From Macrostomum lignano (taxonomy: Eukaryota), in assembly GCA_002269645.1 (NCBI GenBank), contig NIVC01000470.1:1-64000 (forward strand): DNA of 64,000 nucleotides, given 5' to 3'. The notes under the pieces were generated by a model. That model was given only the letters and a program-made list of their open reading frames with translations. It did no database searches and was not told the DNA's origin. Shown here piece after piece: positions 33,879-48,212 of this stretch. How positions within the stretch are numbered: position 1 is the first letter of the stretch; each line of letters begins with the position of its first letter. The position numbers and the translations under genes were made by a program.

Positions 33879-34699
33879 AGCTGTTAACCGCTGCAGTTTA
33901 CCCGTATCCGAAAACCATACGGTTGATAATTTGCAAGTATTTCGCCAGAAGAACGGCCCATAAAATGAATGTCATTCGAGTTCAATAATAAATTCTCAAC
34001 TTGCTGTTAGGTTATTCAATAAAACTGCCGCAAGAAACTGGGGCAGGCAGGCGCTGGCAGTGCCACCCTATCGCATGCCTCATTCAACGTACTTTGGACA
34101 CCAACTGCACTCACCGAACCAGCTGCAGGAGTTCCATGCAGAGACTGCGAGATTTCTTGCAAAGCTGCTTTCTGCTTTGCCCCTGTAGCAACTGGGCTAG
34201 CGAAATGGCGCAGTCAACTTCAAGGAATTTCTGGTCGTGTAATTGGGTATTCCGAACTCCCATCTCTCTCTCTCTCACCTCTCTTTCATGCAGTTGTTAG
34301 AATTGGCAATTGCAACCACTCACTCCGGATCCCATTTTCCCAGTTCCCGCCTACCTGGATCAGCTGTCAGCAACAAATTATCTTTCGCACTTAATGGGGA
34401 GATGGCAGCTATGAGGCTTTTTTTCAGGGAAAATAATTCTTTAAGTCTTGGCGGGACTTCTTATACTAGAAGAAGTTTTTAGTTACAACAATTTGCTAAC
34501 AAAGATCTGCAGTTTCTGCTTTGCGTCAAGGTCCAGTTGTGTATACGTTGCTAGTCTTTGTTTTGATCGGAAAAGATCAAAAGATTTTTTCAATAGGATA
34601 AAGAAGCAATCTGAGGAGCCAGTCATAGTTTGTTTTGCGCAGATTTTTAATTAGCCTTTCTGAAACTTGGTTAGGATTGGCATGCACTTACTAAGATAG

Positions 34700-34858
34700 A
34701 TGGGTAGAGCTAGGTGGGTAGAATGGGAGACAGCGCACCCATAGACATTGGGACAGATTGGGTAGTGCAGTGGGTAGAATGGGAGACAGCGCACCCATAG
34801 ACATTGGGACAGATTGGGGTAGAATGGGAGACAGCGCACCCATAGACATTGGGATAGA
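34700..34858. repeat. About 43 bp unit, 3 copies
   Basis: GGGTAGAATGGGAGACAGCGCACCCATAGACATTGGGACAGATT. Confidence 0.9.
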
Positions 34859-35560
34859 AGAATAAGAACTATGCTTGGAATTCAAAGTGTCAATCAAGCA
34901 GGGCGGTCAATGGCCAGTAAAGGAAAATTAGGGCGAGTCCCAGACACGCAACAAGCTTAGCACTCTCTCACGCCTATTTTAACTCTTCAAAAAGCCCCGA
35001 CCTCTCAGAGTTTTCGACAGTTTCCCATAGCCGCTTTGGGTTCCTTGATGATTTGGTGGTTACAGCCGGCGCAGGGTTGCCCCACCAGGGCTGACTAACC
35101 ACCCAAATTCCCTGTGACAAGGCCAAGCCAGTTGTCGCTACAGGCCCCGGCCAGGGCGACAGGCGAGACACACGATGAGGCCCCTCGGGCTGGGGCTGGG
35201 ATACATTTGACAGGAGACAAGGCGACACGGGACCCCCCTTAACCCCTGAGCGGTGCTAAGTACCCGTGTCAACACTGCCAAGTCCCACTGGGAACCATCG
35301 AGCATTCCTTCATCATTAACTGGAGCTTCTGGCCTGCGACCTCTCCGTCACCCCCAGTATCTTCGTCCCGCTGCGCCTCCCCCTTGTCTCTTAGCCCGAC
35401 CGCCCTCCGCAGTTCCGCTTGTTCGGCGTGTCGCCCAACTTCCAAGCCCTGATCCCCAAAGCAGAGAGTCTGTCGTGCTTTTTAACGCATCAACAACAGG
35501 CTCTGAAACGCCTGGTTGATGCCTAGCATAACAAGGTTGATGGCTGGCGTGCCCTGATGA

Positions 35561-36752
<1,192 letters not shown>

Positions 36753-37221
36753 ACATGCAAAAGTACACGCAACACTCCGGCAATTGAAATCCGCAGTTCA
36801 TCCCATGGTCAGCCTCCCTTGCCTGACCGAGTTTTTCGAGGCAAATTTTGACACGCTGACCGGCCTGTCAGCGCAGTTTACAAACTTCATCGGCCGTCAG
36901 CCCGGCTGTCTCAGACTCAGCCAGTGCATTCAGGCCCGCCAGATCCGCTATCAGCAGTCGGTTACTTTGCTGCACCGGCATGGCGCTGGGAAATCGCTGC
37001 TTTCAATCTCATTCAGCTGCCGCGTTTCAAGTGAATGAAAAGTTTATAGAGGCCGCGATCCTCAGCCAGTGCTTGTCTATAAGATTATAGACTCCTTTCA
37101 GAAAGATTCGTTATTGTGATGCCTTGACAACAAGAAATTGAATTTTTTGTTTTAATGACATAAGGAGTTGAAAAGAGGGAAAATAAATGTATTTGAATAC
37201 AGGATTAGAATTAAAATGTAA

Positions 37222-37840
37222 TTTAATCGAGGAGAATTACAATCTAGTTTAATCGAGGAGAATTAGAATCTAGTTTAATCGAGGAGAATTACAATCTAGT
37301 TTAATCGAGGAGAATTAGACTCTAGTTTAATCAAGGAGAATAACAATCTAGTTTAATCGAGGAGAATTAGAATCTAGTTTAATCGAGGAGAATTACAATC
37401 TAGTTTAATCGGGGAGAATTACAATCTAGTTTAATCAAGGAGAATTACAATCTAGTTTAATCGAGGAGAACAACAATCTAGTTTAATCAAGGAGAATTAG
37501 AATCTAGTTTAATCGAGGAGAACAACAATCTAGTTTAATCAAGGAGAATTACAATCTAGTTTAATCGAGGAGAACAACAATCTAGTTTAATCAAGGAGAA
37601 TTACAATCTAGTTTAATCGAGGAGAATTACAATCTAGTTTAATCAAGGAGAATTACAATCTAGTTTTATCGAGGGGAATAACAATCTAGTTTAATCGAGG
37701 AGAATAACAATCTAGTTCAATCGAGGAGAATAACAATCTAGTTTAATCGAGGAGAATTACAATCTAGTTTAATCGAGGAGAATTACAATCTAGTTTAATC
37801 GAGGAGAATTAGAATCTAGTTTAATCGAGGAGAATTATAG
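37222..37840. repeat. 26 bp minisatellite (TAGTTTAATCGAGGAGAATTACAATC)
   Basis: Tandem units. Confidence 0.95.
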
Positions 37841-38444
37841 TTTAATAGAGGGGAATGAATTACAATCTAGTTAATCAACGGGATCATCATTTGTGTTTAG
37901 TCAAGGGGATTACAGTCCAGGGGGAATTACTGAATAAATTAATGAGAAACAGCTGGAATTCCGGTATCTGGCCACAAAAAATACTTTAAGCCAACAGTAC
38001 CCACCCTCGGGCGAAATGAGTTAGCAATTGTTACTGCGGATATAACCTGCATTAACCCCACCCGAACACCTGTGACAGTTCGTCAAGACTCTGCGCCGTC
38101 CTCCCAGATCCCCATTGGGAAATAACGAATGCAAAGTGGATCACGGGGCCACAGCAAAGTTGCAAAGCAAAACAGAAGAGCTTAAGGCTTGGCTAAAAAA
38201 GGTCACGTATTATGGTGGGACGGAAAAAGCAAAACTATCCAGGTCTTTGTCATAGGCATAATTTGATTCGATCTATGATGTAGCGGCCACCGCCTGACCC
38301 TCCTCTGCCAGCCCCGGGAACAGCTGCCATCCTTGAACTAATTAGATTTCACTGGTCAGGCCATGATACTGCTGATTCAGCCTGCGCTTCTGCTTCTCAT
38401 AATTTCACTCCGCTTCTCTCAGTTTCTCAGCCTCATCATTCTAC

Positions 38445-38945
38445 TCTAGCTTATACTGTAGTCTCAGATCCTCTCTCTACTTCTCTAGCTTATACTGTAG
38501 TCTCATATCCTCTCTCTACTTCTCTAGCTTATACTGTAGTCTCATATCCTCTCTCTACTTCTCTAGCTTATACTGTAGTCTCATATCCTCTCTCTACTTC
38601 TCTTCTTAGTAGTCTCATATCCTCTCTCTACTTCTCTAGCTTATACTGTAGTCTCATATCCTCTCTCTACTTCTCTTCTTAGTAGTCTCATATCCTCTCT
38701 CTACTTCTCTAGCTTATACTGTAGTCTCATATCCTCTCTCTACTTCTCTAAGGTTATACCGAAGTCTCATATCCTCTCTCTACTTCTCTTCTTAGTAGTC
38801 TCATCCTCTCTCTACTTCTCTAAGGTTATACCGAAGTCTCATCCTCTCTCTACTTCTCTTCTTAGTAGTCTCATCCTCTCTCTACTTCTCTCTTAAGCAG
38901 TCTCATATCCTCTCTCTACTTCTTCCTCTAGTATAGTCTCATAAC
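38445..38945. repeat. CT-rich minisatellite of about 32-38 bp
   Basis: AGTCTCATATCCTCTCTCTACTTCTC core repeated. Confidence 0.9.
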
Positions 38946-39590
38946 TTCTCTCCTTCTTTCTCTCTTTCCCTCTCTGATCTCTCTCTCTCTCTATCTCTTA
39001 GGCTCGAATCCTCACTCTACCTCTCTCAGTGTCTAGAGGCTGCATTCAGAACACGAGAGCCCCATTCAAGAGACACAGCAAGCATGCAACGAACAAGTCA
39101 GAAATATATTGCAAATTACATGCAAAGATTTTTTAATGCAAAACAATCCGTTGCATCGCGCGCTTGCAGCTTATCCGCAATTCCGTGGGTTCAGGGCAAG
39201 GAGGATTATTGACAGAGCTGACCCACCTCTGACGCCGCGGTGTCACTTGCGAAGGATTCCCTCACACCTGGTCACCCGCATGACAATCAGCGGTCATCCC
39301 CAGCCACCCCCCGCCCTCCGCCGCGGCTGTTGCGGTCGCGAAGGCCCGCCTCTCCGCATTTCCGCCTCTCGGCTGGTTGTTCGTTCAATTTTCCTTAAAA
39401 CAACAGGCAAATTGGTCCGCTTCCCCGGCAACTCCAGCACCGAGGGTGGGGGCCGGGTCAGTGGCAGCTGCAAGGACAACAAGAAACCGGAATTGGAGGA
39501 GTATTCGCTGCTGGAAAGCAACTCAATCTGTTAATAATGAGTCGATGAGGCGAGGTTCGGCTTTTTTAAACTCGACTGTATGACTGGGAG

Positions 39591-39592
<2 letters not shown>

Positions 39593-39668
<76 letters not shown>

Positions 39669-40917
39669 AGAGAGGGAGAGGAGAGATCAGAGAGGGAGAG
39701 GAGAGATCAGAGAGGGAGAGGAGAGATCAGAGAGGGAGAGGAGAGATCAGAGAGGGAGAGAAGAGATCAGAGAGGGAGAGGAGAGATCAGAGAGGGAGAG
39801 GAGAGATCAGAGAGGGAGAGGAGAGATCAGAGAGGGAGATCAGAGATCAGAGAGGGAGAGGAGAGATCAGAGAGGGAGAGGAGAGATCAGAGAGGGAGAG
39901 GAGAGATCAGAGAGGGAGAGGAGAGATTAGAGAGGGAGAGGAGAGATCAGAGAGGGAGAGGAGAGATCAGAGAGGGAGAGGAGAGATCAGAGAGGGAGAG
40001 GAGAGATCAGAGAAGGAGAGGAGAGATCAGAGAGGGAGAGGAGAGATCAGAGAGGGAGAGGAGAGATCAGAGAGGGAGAGGAGAGATCAGAGAGGGAGAG
40101 GAGAGATCAGAGAGGGAGAGGAGAGATCAGAGAGGGAGATCAGAGATCAGAGAGGGAGAGGAGAGATCAGAGAGGGAGAGGAGAGATCAGAGAGGGAGAG
40201 GAGAGATCAGAGAGGGAGAGGAGAGATCAGAGAGGGAGAGGAGAGATCAGAGAGGGAGATCAGAGATCAGAGAGGGAGATCAGAGATCAGAGAGGGAGAC
40301 GAGAGATCAGAGAGGGAGAGGAGAGATCAGAGAGGGAGAGGAGAGATCAGAGAAGGAGAGGAGAGATTAGAGAGGGAGAGGAGAGATCAGAGAGGGAGAG
40401 GAGAGATCAGAGAGGGAGAGGAGAGATCAGAGAGGGAGAGGAGAGATCAGAGAGGGAGAGGAGAGATCAGAGAGGGAGAGGAGAGATCAGAGAGGGAGAG
40501 GAGAGATTAGAGAGGGAGAGGAGAGATCAGAGAGGGAGAGGAGAGATCAGAGAGGGAGAGAAGAGATCAGAGAGGGAGATCAGAGATCAGAGAGGGAGAG
40601 GAGAGATCAGAGAGGGAGAGGAGAGATCAGAGAGGGAGAGGAGAGATCAGAAAGGGAGAGGAGAGATCAGAGAGGGAGATCAGAGATCAGAGAGGGAGAG
40701 GAGAGATCAGAGAGGGAGATCAGAGATCAGAGAGGGAGAGGAGAGATTAGAGAGGGAGAGGAGAGATCAGAGAGGGAGAGGAGAGATCAGAGAGGGAGAT
40801 CAGAGATCAGAAAGGGAGAGGAGAGATCAGAAAGGGAGAGGAGAGATCAGAAAGGGAGAGGAGAGATCAGAGAGGGAGATCAGAGATCAGAGAGGGAGAG
40901 GAGAGATCAGAGAGGGA
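39593..40917. repeat. (GA)n followed by a 20 bp purine-rich array (GAGAGATCAGAGAGGGAGAG)
   Basis: Directly visible; explains ORFs 39580 and 39590. Confidence 0.98.
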
Positions 40918-42239
40918 GCGCAGGATATAGGGGAGCAGTACAGGAGACGGCGGGGCAGTGCAAGCTGCAGACCAGCAACTTGTGCATGCCCTTATGAATC
41001 GGGTTTCAAATTCATGGTGGGTTATGCAGGACGCATGGGATGTCATTAAGCTGTTCCCATTCAATCCAGAGCTGTCACTGCTGCGCCGCCTCTCATCATT
41101 CGATCAGCTGTCATCTCCCAATGCGGCCTGTTGCCCAGATTGGCGCGCGTGACTGCGGAGCGGGAAAAGTTCGATAACAAGCGCGCACGAACTGCATGCA
41201 TTTGGGCCGTCTTAGCCGAATATTTTGTGCTTAGCTGGAGAAATCTGGGAAGAAAAATTTGCCTTTTGTCACGCATCTGGGCCTGGGGGGCGGCAGATGA
41301 ACGGGAGAATTCTCCTCAGTCAGTGTTGTTGTTCTTTGCTTCCTTGTAATAACCCTTATAGATGTACCCAAGAAGGATTAGGGCTGATGGGCCTCAACTT
41401 CTGTTGCGCCCGACCCGCTACTGACAGATGAAAAATTAGATTTTCCAAAACTCGAGAGTCTCTGATGACGGCAGCGGCGGCAGAATCGAATCGAATGTCT
41501 GTTCTTTAACGAATTTGCATGCCAGAATATCGAGTTGGACAGGTGTGCGTCCTCCAGCGATTGCGCTTGTCTATGGTAAAAAAGCACAGTCCCGCCTGGC
41601 ATTGTCAGCCTCATCATCATAAAAACAGCAGCCGCCGCACCCACAGATTTATTAGGGGGGGCCTCCGCCTCTTTGTCGCGGCCTGCAGGTCCTCCTGCCC
41701 TGGACAGGCATGGGACAATGGCCTGTTATATCAATTGCCAGACATAATAAGCAGCGAGAAAAAAATTGGACACAGAATGGACCGCAGCGGGTTTCACGCT
41801 TTTGCCACTGCCTGGCTGACGGCCTGCGCGTGTCAACAGGCTGGTGGGGGGGGGAGTGGCACCAAAACCGCATCATTTTTAGCATCTTTGTCCCATGAAT
41901 GATGAAGATGTGACCGTCACAGACTCCCCCACGCCACTCCCCCCACCTCCCGCATACTCGGTAAATTGCCGCAATGTTTCCGCCAGCACAGACGCCGTGT
42001 ATGCAGATTCTCTGCCTCATCAATCCTGATCTCTCATCTCTTTCTCGCTATCTCGCTCTCTCCTCACCATTCGAAACTCTCTTGGGACACTTCGTTGCTG
42101 ACGTCGCTGTCGGGCTGAGCCGATGGTCTCCAGTGTCCGGCAATGCTTGCTATCCGATTATCTGCGTCCCCAACTGCTGCCGGCTCCGCCCCCTCAGGGA
42201 CGCTACGAAGAGTTTTTTCCCGAATCCCACCCGCCTCCC

Positions 42240-42600
42240 AGCCCTGGCCGGGCCAATCAGCGCTCGGGCTGGCCAACTTCTATTGGGTGGTGCCAGAGAT
42301 GATGGGGGCAGCCAAGGAGGCTGCAATGTGAGCGGCGGCGAAAATTCGGAGTCTGAGGGGGGTTGGGGAAGGAGGTGATGGGGGGTGGGCGGGTGCCATC
42401 CAGCCTCGGCCGCCCCCGCCGCAGCCACACGCTAACAGCTTCCCAGAGCCCGCCTCAGCCCGCGACATCCTCTTTAAAATAATCCCCAGCCCCTAACCCG
42501 GTTAGCGGTCTCCGAGCAGCTGCCACCCCGGAGCCTCATTGCGAATTCCGCGGCAACAACCACCGGAAAAAATATATATCGATAATACGTCGGCTCAGTG
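42240..42600 (+). promoter_or_regulatory. Candidate Lbx proximal promoter/5' region
   Basis: GGCCAATCAG at 42251-42260, reverse CCAAT at 42282, GC-rich boxes and TA-rich words at about 42474 and 42570, all upstream of the ATG. Confidence 0.4.
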
Positions 42601-42631
42601 TTTCTGGGATCCCAAGAGAAAGTGGTGCATC

Positions 42632-42983
42632 ATGCTGGCCAGGCCGAAAAAGTCATTCTTCATTCGGGACATTCTTCTCGATGATTCGCCTCCGCCGCAG
42701 CAGCAGCAGCAGCAGCAACAGTTCTCTCATCAGCATCAGGTTGGCGGTGCGGCTTTTGCTGCTTTTGCTCAAGCAGCTGCGGCGGCGGCTGCGGCTGCTG
42801 CGGCTGCTGCGGCTGCCAAGCACCATCAGCAGCAACATCAACAACAGCAGCAACAACAACAACAGCAGCAGCAGCAGCAGCAATCGCCTCAGCAGCAACA
42901 ACAGCAGCATTCACCCTTGGATCAGCTGATGCGCCTGACCAAGAGCACACTGCAGGGTCTGGACTACGATTTGAAGAACAACG
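42632..42983 (+). CDS. Lbx: Ladybird/Lbx homeobox protein, exon 1
   Basis: eh1-like SFFIRDIL, polyQ/polyA tracts, and HSPLDQLMRLTKSTLQGLD resembling the Lbx-specific SPLCALEELASKTFKGLE. Donor G|GTAAG, phase 1. Confidence 0.85.
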
Positions 42984-43271
42984 GTAAGCAATTGATTCAT
43001 TTTGTGCACTGGTAGTGTATTTCAGTCATGGACACCTGAAGTCAGGGGCAATTGATTTTCTTAGAAATGAACTGGATTCGATTGGAATTTGTCTATGGCG
43101 AAACCCCATTAAGCGCTATGCGTTCTCCAGAACATACTAAATGCACCGGAGATACGATAGATATACACTCCTTACCGACCTCCTGCTAATTTCTAGAAAA
43201 ATACAGTTTAGCGTCCTCTAAGTGTCCGCGGCTTTAAAACAGTTGCTTCTAGTTCAAAATTTAGCGCTTTG

Positions 43272-43785
43272 CAGCACTCCTCCTCAGATCCTTGATAGAT
43301 CTCCTCAGATCCTTGATAGATCTCCTCAGCTCCTTGATAGATCTCCTCAGATCCTTGATAGATCTCCTCAGCTCCTTGATAGATCTCCTCAGCTCCTTGA
43401 TAGGTCTCCTCAGCTCCTTGATAGATCTCCCCAGATCCTTGATAGATCTCCTCAGATCCTTGATAGATCTCCTCAGCTCCTTGATAGATCTCCTCAGATC
43501 TTTGATAGATCTCCCCAGATCCTTGATAGATCTCCTCAGCTCCTTGATAGATCTCCCCAGATCCTTGATAGGTCTCCTCAGATCTTTGATAGATCTCCTC
43601 AGATCCTTGATAGGTCTCCTCAGATCTTTGATAGATCTCCCCAGATCCTTGATAGGTCTCCTCAGCTCCTTGATAGATCTCCCCAGATCCTTGATAGGTC
43701 TCCTCAGATCTTTGATAGATCTCCCCAGATCCTTGATAGGTCTCCTCAGATCTTTGATAGATCTCCTCAGATACTTGATAGCATG
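43272..43785. repeat. 21 bp minisatellite (GATAGATCTCCTCAGATCCTT) in the Lbx intron
   Basis: Tandem units. Confidence 0.96.
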
Positions 43786-45584
43786 TCCTTAGAATTTCTC
43801 AGAAGCATCTGACCAAAGAATAATCTCAGCAGTACAGATGGTTAAAATTTCCAATATTGTCATAAAAGCAGAAACGCACACAGATTAGTGCCCACTGCCT
43901 CGCTCCCCAGCATAGGCAAGTACTGACACTTGTTTTTATTTGTTTATTCAATTCAAGCAAGTTGATTCAGCACCCCACCCTCAGCCTGCCAATACACTGC
44001 TGCGGATATAATAAAGAGGAGGGAACACACGGCTGTTTGGGCTCGCACTTGGAGTTTATCCCCATGGTTCTGGACCGCTAATCCCCCATGCCCGTTCGGA
44101 CAGCTTTTGACTGGCACTGTCTGTCACTTCTGCCCGGTTCAAGTGGGCCCCGCCATTTCTCCTGTTCTGTCAATCGTGACAAGCAAAAACGGCTGCAAGC
44201 TTGCCGGGTTGTCGCCGCCTGCGCTACGGTTGTTATCCCTTCTTGTTTGTCCTCAACTCGACGCTGCGGGGCCCTTGGCCGCATCGATATGGATGGGGGG
44301 GGATAGATGAGGATTCTGTCGGGGATTTCTGCTCCCAAGGATTTACCAGAGACAGAGGGCTTCTTCTACTGTTGAGGTTTTCCTCATTTTTAGCTGAGAC
44401 CGTGAAGCCAGCGTGGGAGAGGGGGCCGGAGCGGGTGGGCAATTTCAAATGTCATTGGTAATGACGCTTGACGTGAACGGCTGCGCTAGGCCTTGCGCGC
44501 GGGTCAGTATTTCTATAAATATTTTTCTAGGAATGGGGGACTTGTTATCTAATGCTTATCAACACAGGGTGCGCGACGGCCTCTTGGCGGCCGGGTAAAC
44601 ACGCTGCGGTGCAACTGCAATCCTTCATCCAAGCTGCGGATGGCGGGGGGGGGACTGACTGACTGAGGATTTCCCCTATCGGGCTGCGGAGCGGGAGACA
44701 AGTTTTGGGGACAGGAATGGACCGAAGCCACTTTCGCTCAATGACACCTTAAATCGCGGATGACACACAGAGGCCGACAAAGAGAATGGAGTAAGTAGTA
44801 TAGGCAATATAGATATGGGATAGATATCCTTCAATTCGGAAGTCGCCAGCTTGACAAATTTACTCTAAGATAAGAGCTCAGCCTTCCTAATTACCGTCCG
44901 GGAAGCCCTCAGATTTCTCCTGTTCCTGACGCCAGAGCTGCAAATTTATTCAGAAGGCCCATGGCAAAGCAGGCGACGCTCGTTTGTCTTCAGTTTGTCC
45001 GATGCAATGATAGGCGGAGAAATATGGGTGAAAGTTTAGATTAGTCCGGCGGCCAAACTGAGCTCCCAGCATCAGATGCGGTCGGAGAGGAGCCACTTAA
45101 TCAGTCATGTCATTTCCAAAGCAGCGGGGGCCCCCGGTCAGCAGCAAGGTGGACTGCGGTGGAGGCTTCGGGAACCGCTGTCAACGGCTGCTGCAGCCAA
45201 AGCCAAACTGTTGTGTTTGTGTGTTTGGACAGCGCGCTTGAGGGCTTGGAGATTTATATTACATTTGGCTGCAGTTTACAGGAGGCATCGAATTCTGTGA
45301 GACGGATTGCCTCTGGTCTGCTTTTTTTCGCTGCGTTTTTCTGCTTGGTTTGTCGCCGGCTTTCCTTTCTGCCGATGGGTTTGGCTCGAATGTTTTTCAT
45401 GGAGACAGGAGTGGCGGGCCCACTTTTCCACTGAAATAATACGGCTCTTGTTGATTTTTTCTCTTGTGTTGTTGGACAGACAGTGCCAGGGGCTAAAATT
45501 CTGATTTCGATCTGATAAAATATGAGAATTTATAGCTCACTAAAAGAGATTTACATGACTGAGAGGCAAAAAGAAAGACACAAA

Positions 45585-46105
45585 TAAGACACTACAGAGA
45601 CACTACAGAGACACTAGAGAGACACTAGAGAGACACTAGAGAGACACTAGAGAGACACTAGAAAGACACTAGAGAGACACTACAGAGACACTAGAAAGAC
45701 ACTAGAGAGACACTACAGAGACACTAGAGAGACACTAGAGAGACACTAGAGAGACACTAGAGAGACACTAGAGAGACACTAGAAAGACACTAGAGAGACA
45801 CTACAGAGACACTAGAAAGACACTAGAGAGACACTACAGAGACACTAGAGAGACACGAGAGAGACACTAGAGAGACACGAGAGACACTAGAGAGACATGA
45901 GAGAGACACTAGAGAGACACTAGAGAGACACTAGAGAGACACTAGAGAGACACGAGAGACACTAGAGAGACATGAGAGAGACACTAGAGAGACACTAGAG
46001 AGACACTAGAGAGACACGAGAGAGACACTAGAGAGACACTAGAGAGACACGAGAGAGACACGAGAGACACTAGAGAGACACTAGAGAGTCTACACGAGAG
46101 AGACA
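45585..46105. repeat. 11 bp minisatellite (CACTAGAGAGA) in the Lbx intron
   Basis: Tandem units ending about 85 bp before the acceptor. Confidence 0.95.
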
Positions 46106-46189
46106 CCACAGAGGCACGCTATAAACATAATAGAGACACGAATACGCACGCAGTCTTCTCATCCCCATCGCCCCCTTCTCCACGTGCAG

Positions 46190-46782
46190 ACGCGGACGCC
46201 TCCCTGGTGACGCTGTGGTCGGAGAAGAACGGCTTCAGGCGCCGCAGAAAGACCCGCACGGCCTTCACCAGCAAGCAGCTGAGCGTGCTGGAGGAGCGCT
46301 TCCACGAGCAGAAGTACCTCACGCCCAACATGCGCGACGAGATCGCCCAGTCGTTGGGTCTCACCAACGCCCAGGTGATCACCTGGTTCCAGAATCGGCG
46401 GGCAAAGATGAAGCGCGAGAACGAGGAGCTGAAGAATGACATGCTGGCTACGAGGAGCTCGGCCGTCGCCACTGATGCCGAAGCTGACCAAGACGACGAT
46501 CTGGACGATTGCGTCTGCGACGAGGCGGCCGAACTCGCTGCCGAATCGGCGAACGTCGCCGACAACAACGCTGAGCTGGACGAGCCGATCAACCTGTCGG
46601 CTGACCTCGGCGGCTTCCGCGGCGGCGGAAAGCGCGGCTCGCCGACTTCCTCCTTGGACGAGTCGGAGCGCGGCGGCTCGCCATCGACTGAGGAGGTCGC
46701 AGGCGTCGCTGACGTCGCTTCTCCGCCGAAGCTGTTGAGCGCGAGCCATTTCAAGAAACGGAAGCTTTTGTCAACGGCCTGA
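46190..46782 (+). CDS. Lbx: Ladybird/Lbx homeobox protein, exon 2 (homeodomain)
   Basis: RRKTRTAFT...QKYL...RDEIAQSLGLTNAQVITWFQNRRAKMKR, with T47 and LGLTNAQVITWFQNRRAK typical of Lbx. Pyrimidine-rich acceptor GTGCAG at 46184-46189, phase-compatible with exon 1. Confidence 0.92.
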
Positions 46783-47447
46783 ATAACCCAACGATTGTAA
46801 ATGGTCAGTGGATCGGGCGGCTGCACAATCCATGCAAAACCAAGCCAGTTCGGATTTGCCAGCTTTAAATATCTGGCCTGACTGACTACCGTAGAAGAAC
46901 TGACAAATTATAACAAGCTTTATCGCTTTGTACATAACTGTGTGGCTTATGATTCATTTTTATTATATTAAAAAACACACGGCTTTGTTTAATTCGACAA
47001 TTTATTTGGCAAATGTTATTGTCTACTCGTTTCTAGGAAAATTGTTGTACACCAGAATTCTAAAATTCGTTTTAGCGTACGCCTGCATAGATTATTCCTA
47101 TGTATTAGATAAAATTACTAATCGGCAATATGAACTGCTCATTGCTATTACAATTTCTCTTTATTGATTTTTGCCTCAGCCACCCCACCCTTACCCAGTT
47201 TGACTGTAAGAAGCTTTAAAGATAATCTCGATTGTATCAAACGTGCCGGGCTTTTTTTAGAAGTAACTTAATAAAACAAATATTTGCTAAACAACTTTAT
47301 TTGTAACTTCTGCGCTAGGATGGAGTGAGTTTCATCAAAAACCAATTTTGTGTGTGATAGGAGTGGAATTCTTTGTTTGGTACTATGTACATTTGGTACT
47401 ACATAATTCTACATTTAGAAAATCTAAAAGATATTTGTGGATTGGCG

Positions 47448-48212
47448 CATGGGATAGATGCAGCATGGGATAGATGAGACTGGGATAGATGAGACTGGGA
47501 TAGATGAGACTGGGATAGATGAGACTGGGATAGATGAGACTGGGATAGATGCGGCATGGGATAGATGCGGCATGGGATAGATGCGGCATGGGATAGATGC
47601 AGCATGGGATAGATGAGACTGGGATAGATGCGGCATGGGATAGATGAGACTGGGATAGATGAGACTGGGATAGATGAGATTGAGATAGATAAGACTGGGA
47701 TAGATGAGACTGGGATAGACGCGACATGGGATAGATGCGACATGGGATAGATGCGACATGGGATAGATGCGACATGGGATAGATGCGACATGGGATAGAT
47801 GCGACATGGGATAGATGCGACATGGGATAGATGCGACATGGGATAGATGCGACATGGGATAGATGCGACATGGGATAGATGCGACATGGGATAGATGCGA
47901 CATGGGATAGATGCGACATGGGATAGATGCGACATGGGATAGATGCGACATGGGATAGATGCGACATGGGATAGATGCGACATGGGATAGATGCGACATG
48001 GGATAGATGAGACATGGGATAGATGCAACATGGGATAGATGCAACATGGGATAGATGCGACATGGGATAGATGCGACATGGGATAGATGCGACATGGGAT
48101 AGATGCGACATGGGATAGATGCGACATGGGATAGATGCGACATGGGATAGATGCGACATGGGATAGATGCGACATGGGATAGATGCGACATGGGATAGAT
48201 GCGACATGGGAT
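47448..48212. repeat. 15-16 bp minisatellite (GGGATAGATGCGACAT / GGGATAGATGAGACT)
   Basis: Tandem units with a variant gradient along the array. Confidence 0.97.

Noticed and set aside
34115-34230. Candidate minus-strand exon (open frame KFLEVDCAISL..., GTGAGT donor)
   Set aside because: The acceptor is weak, there is no recognisable protein similarity and no partner exons were found; it is unsupported without RNA data.
46119-46826. Antisense ORFs over the Lbx exon 2 and POLA2 exons
   Set aside because: They are shadow frames of GC-rich coding sequence.
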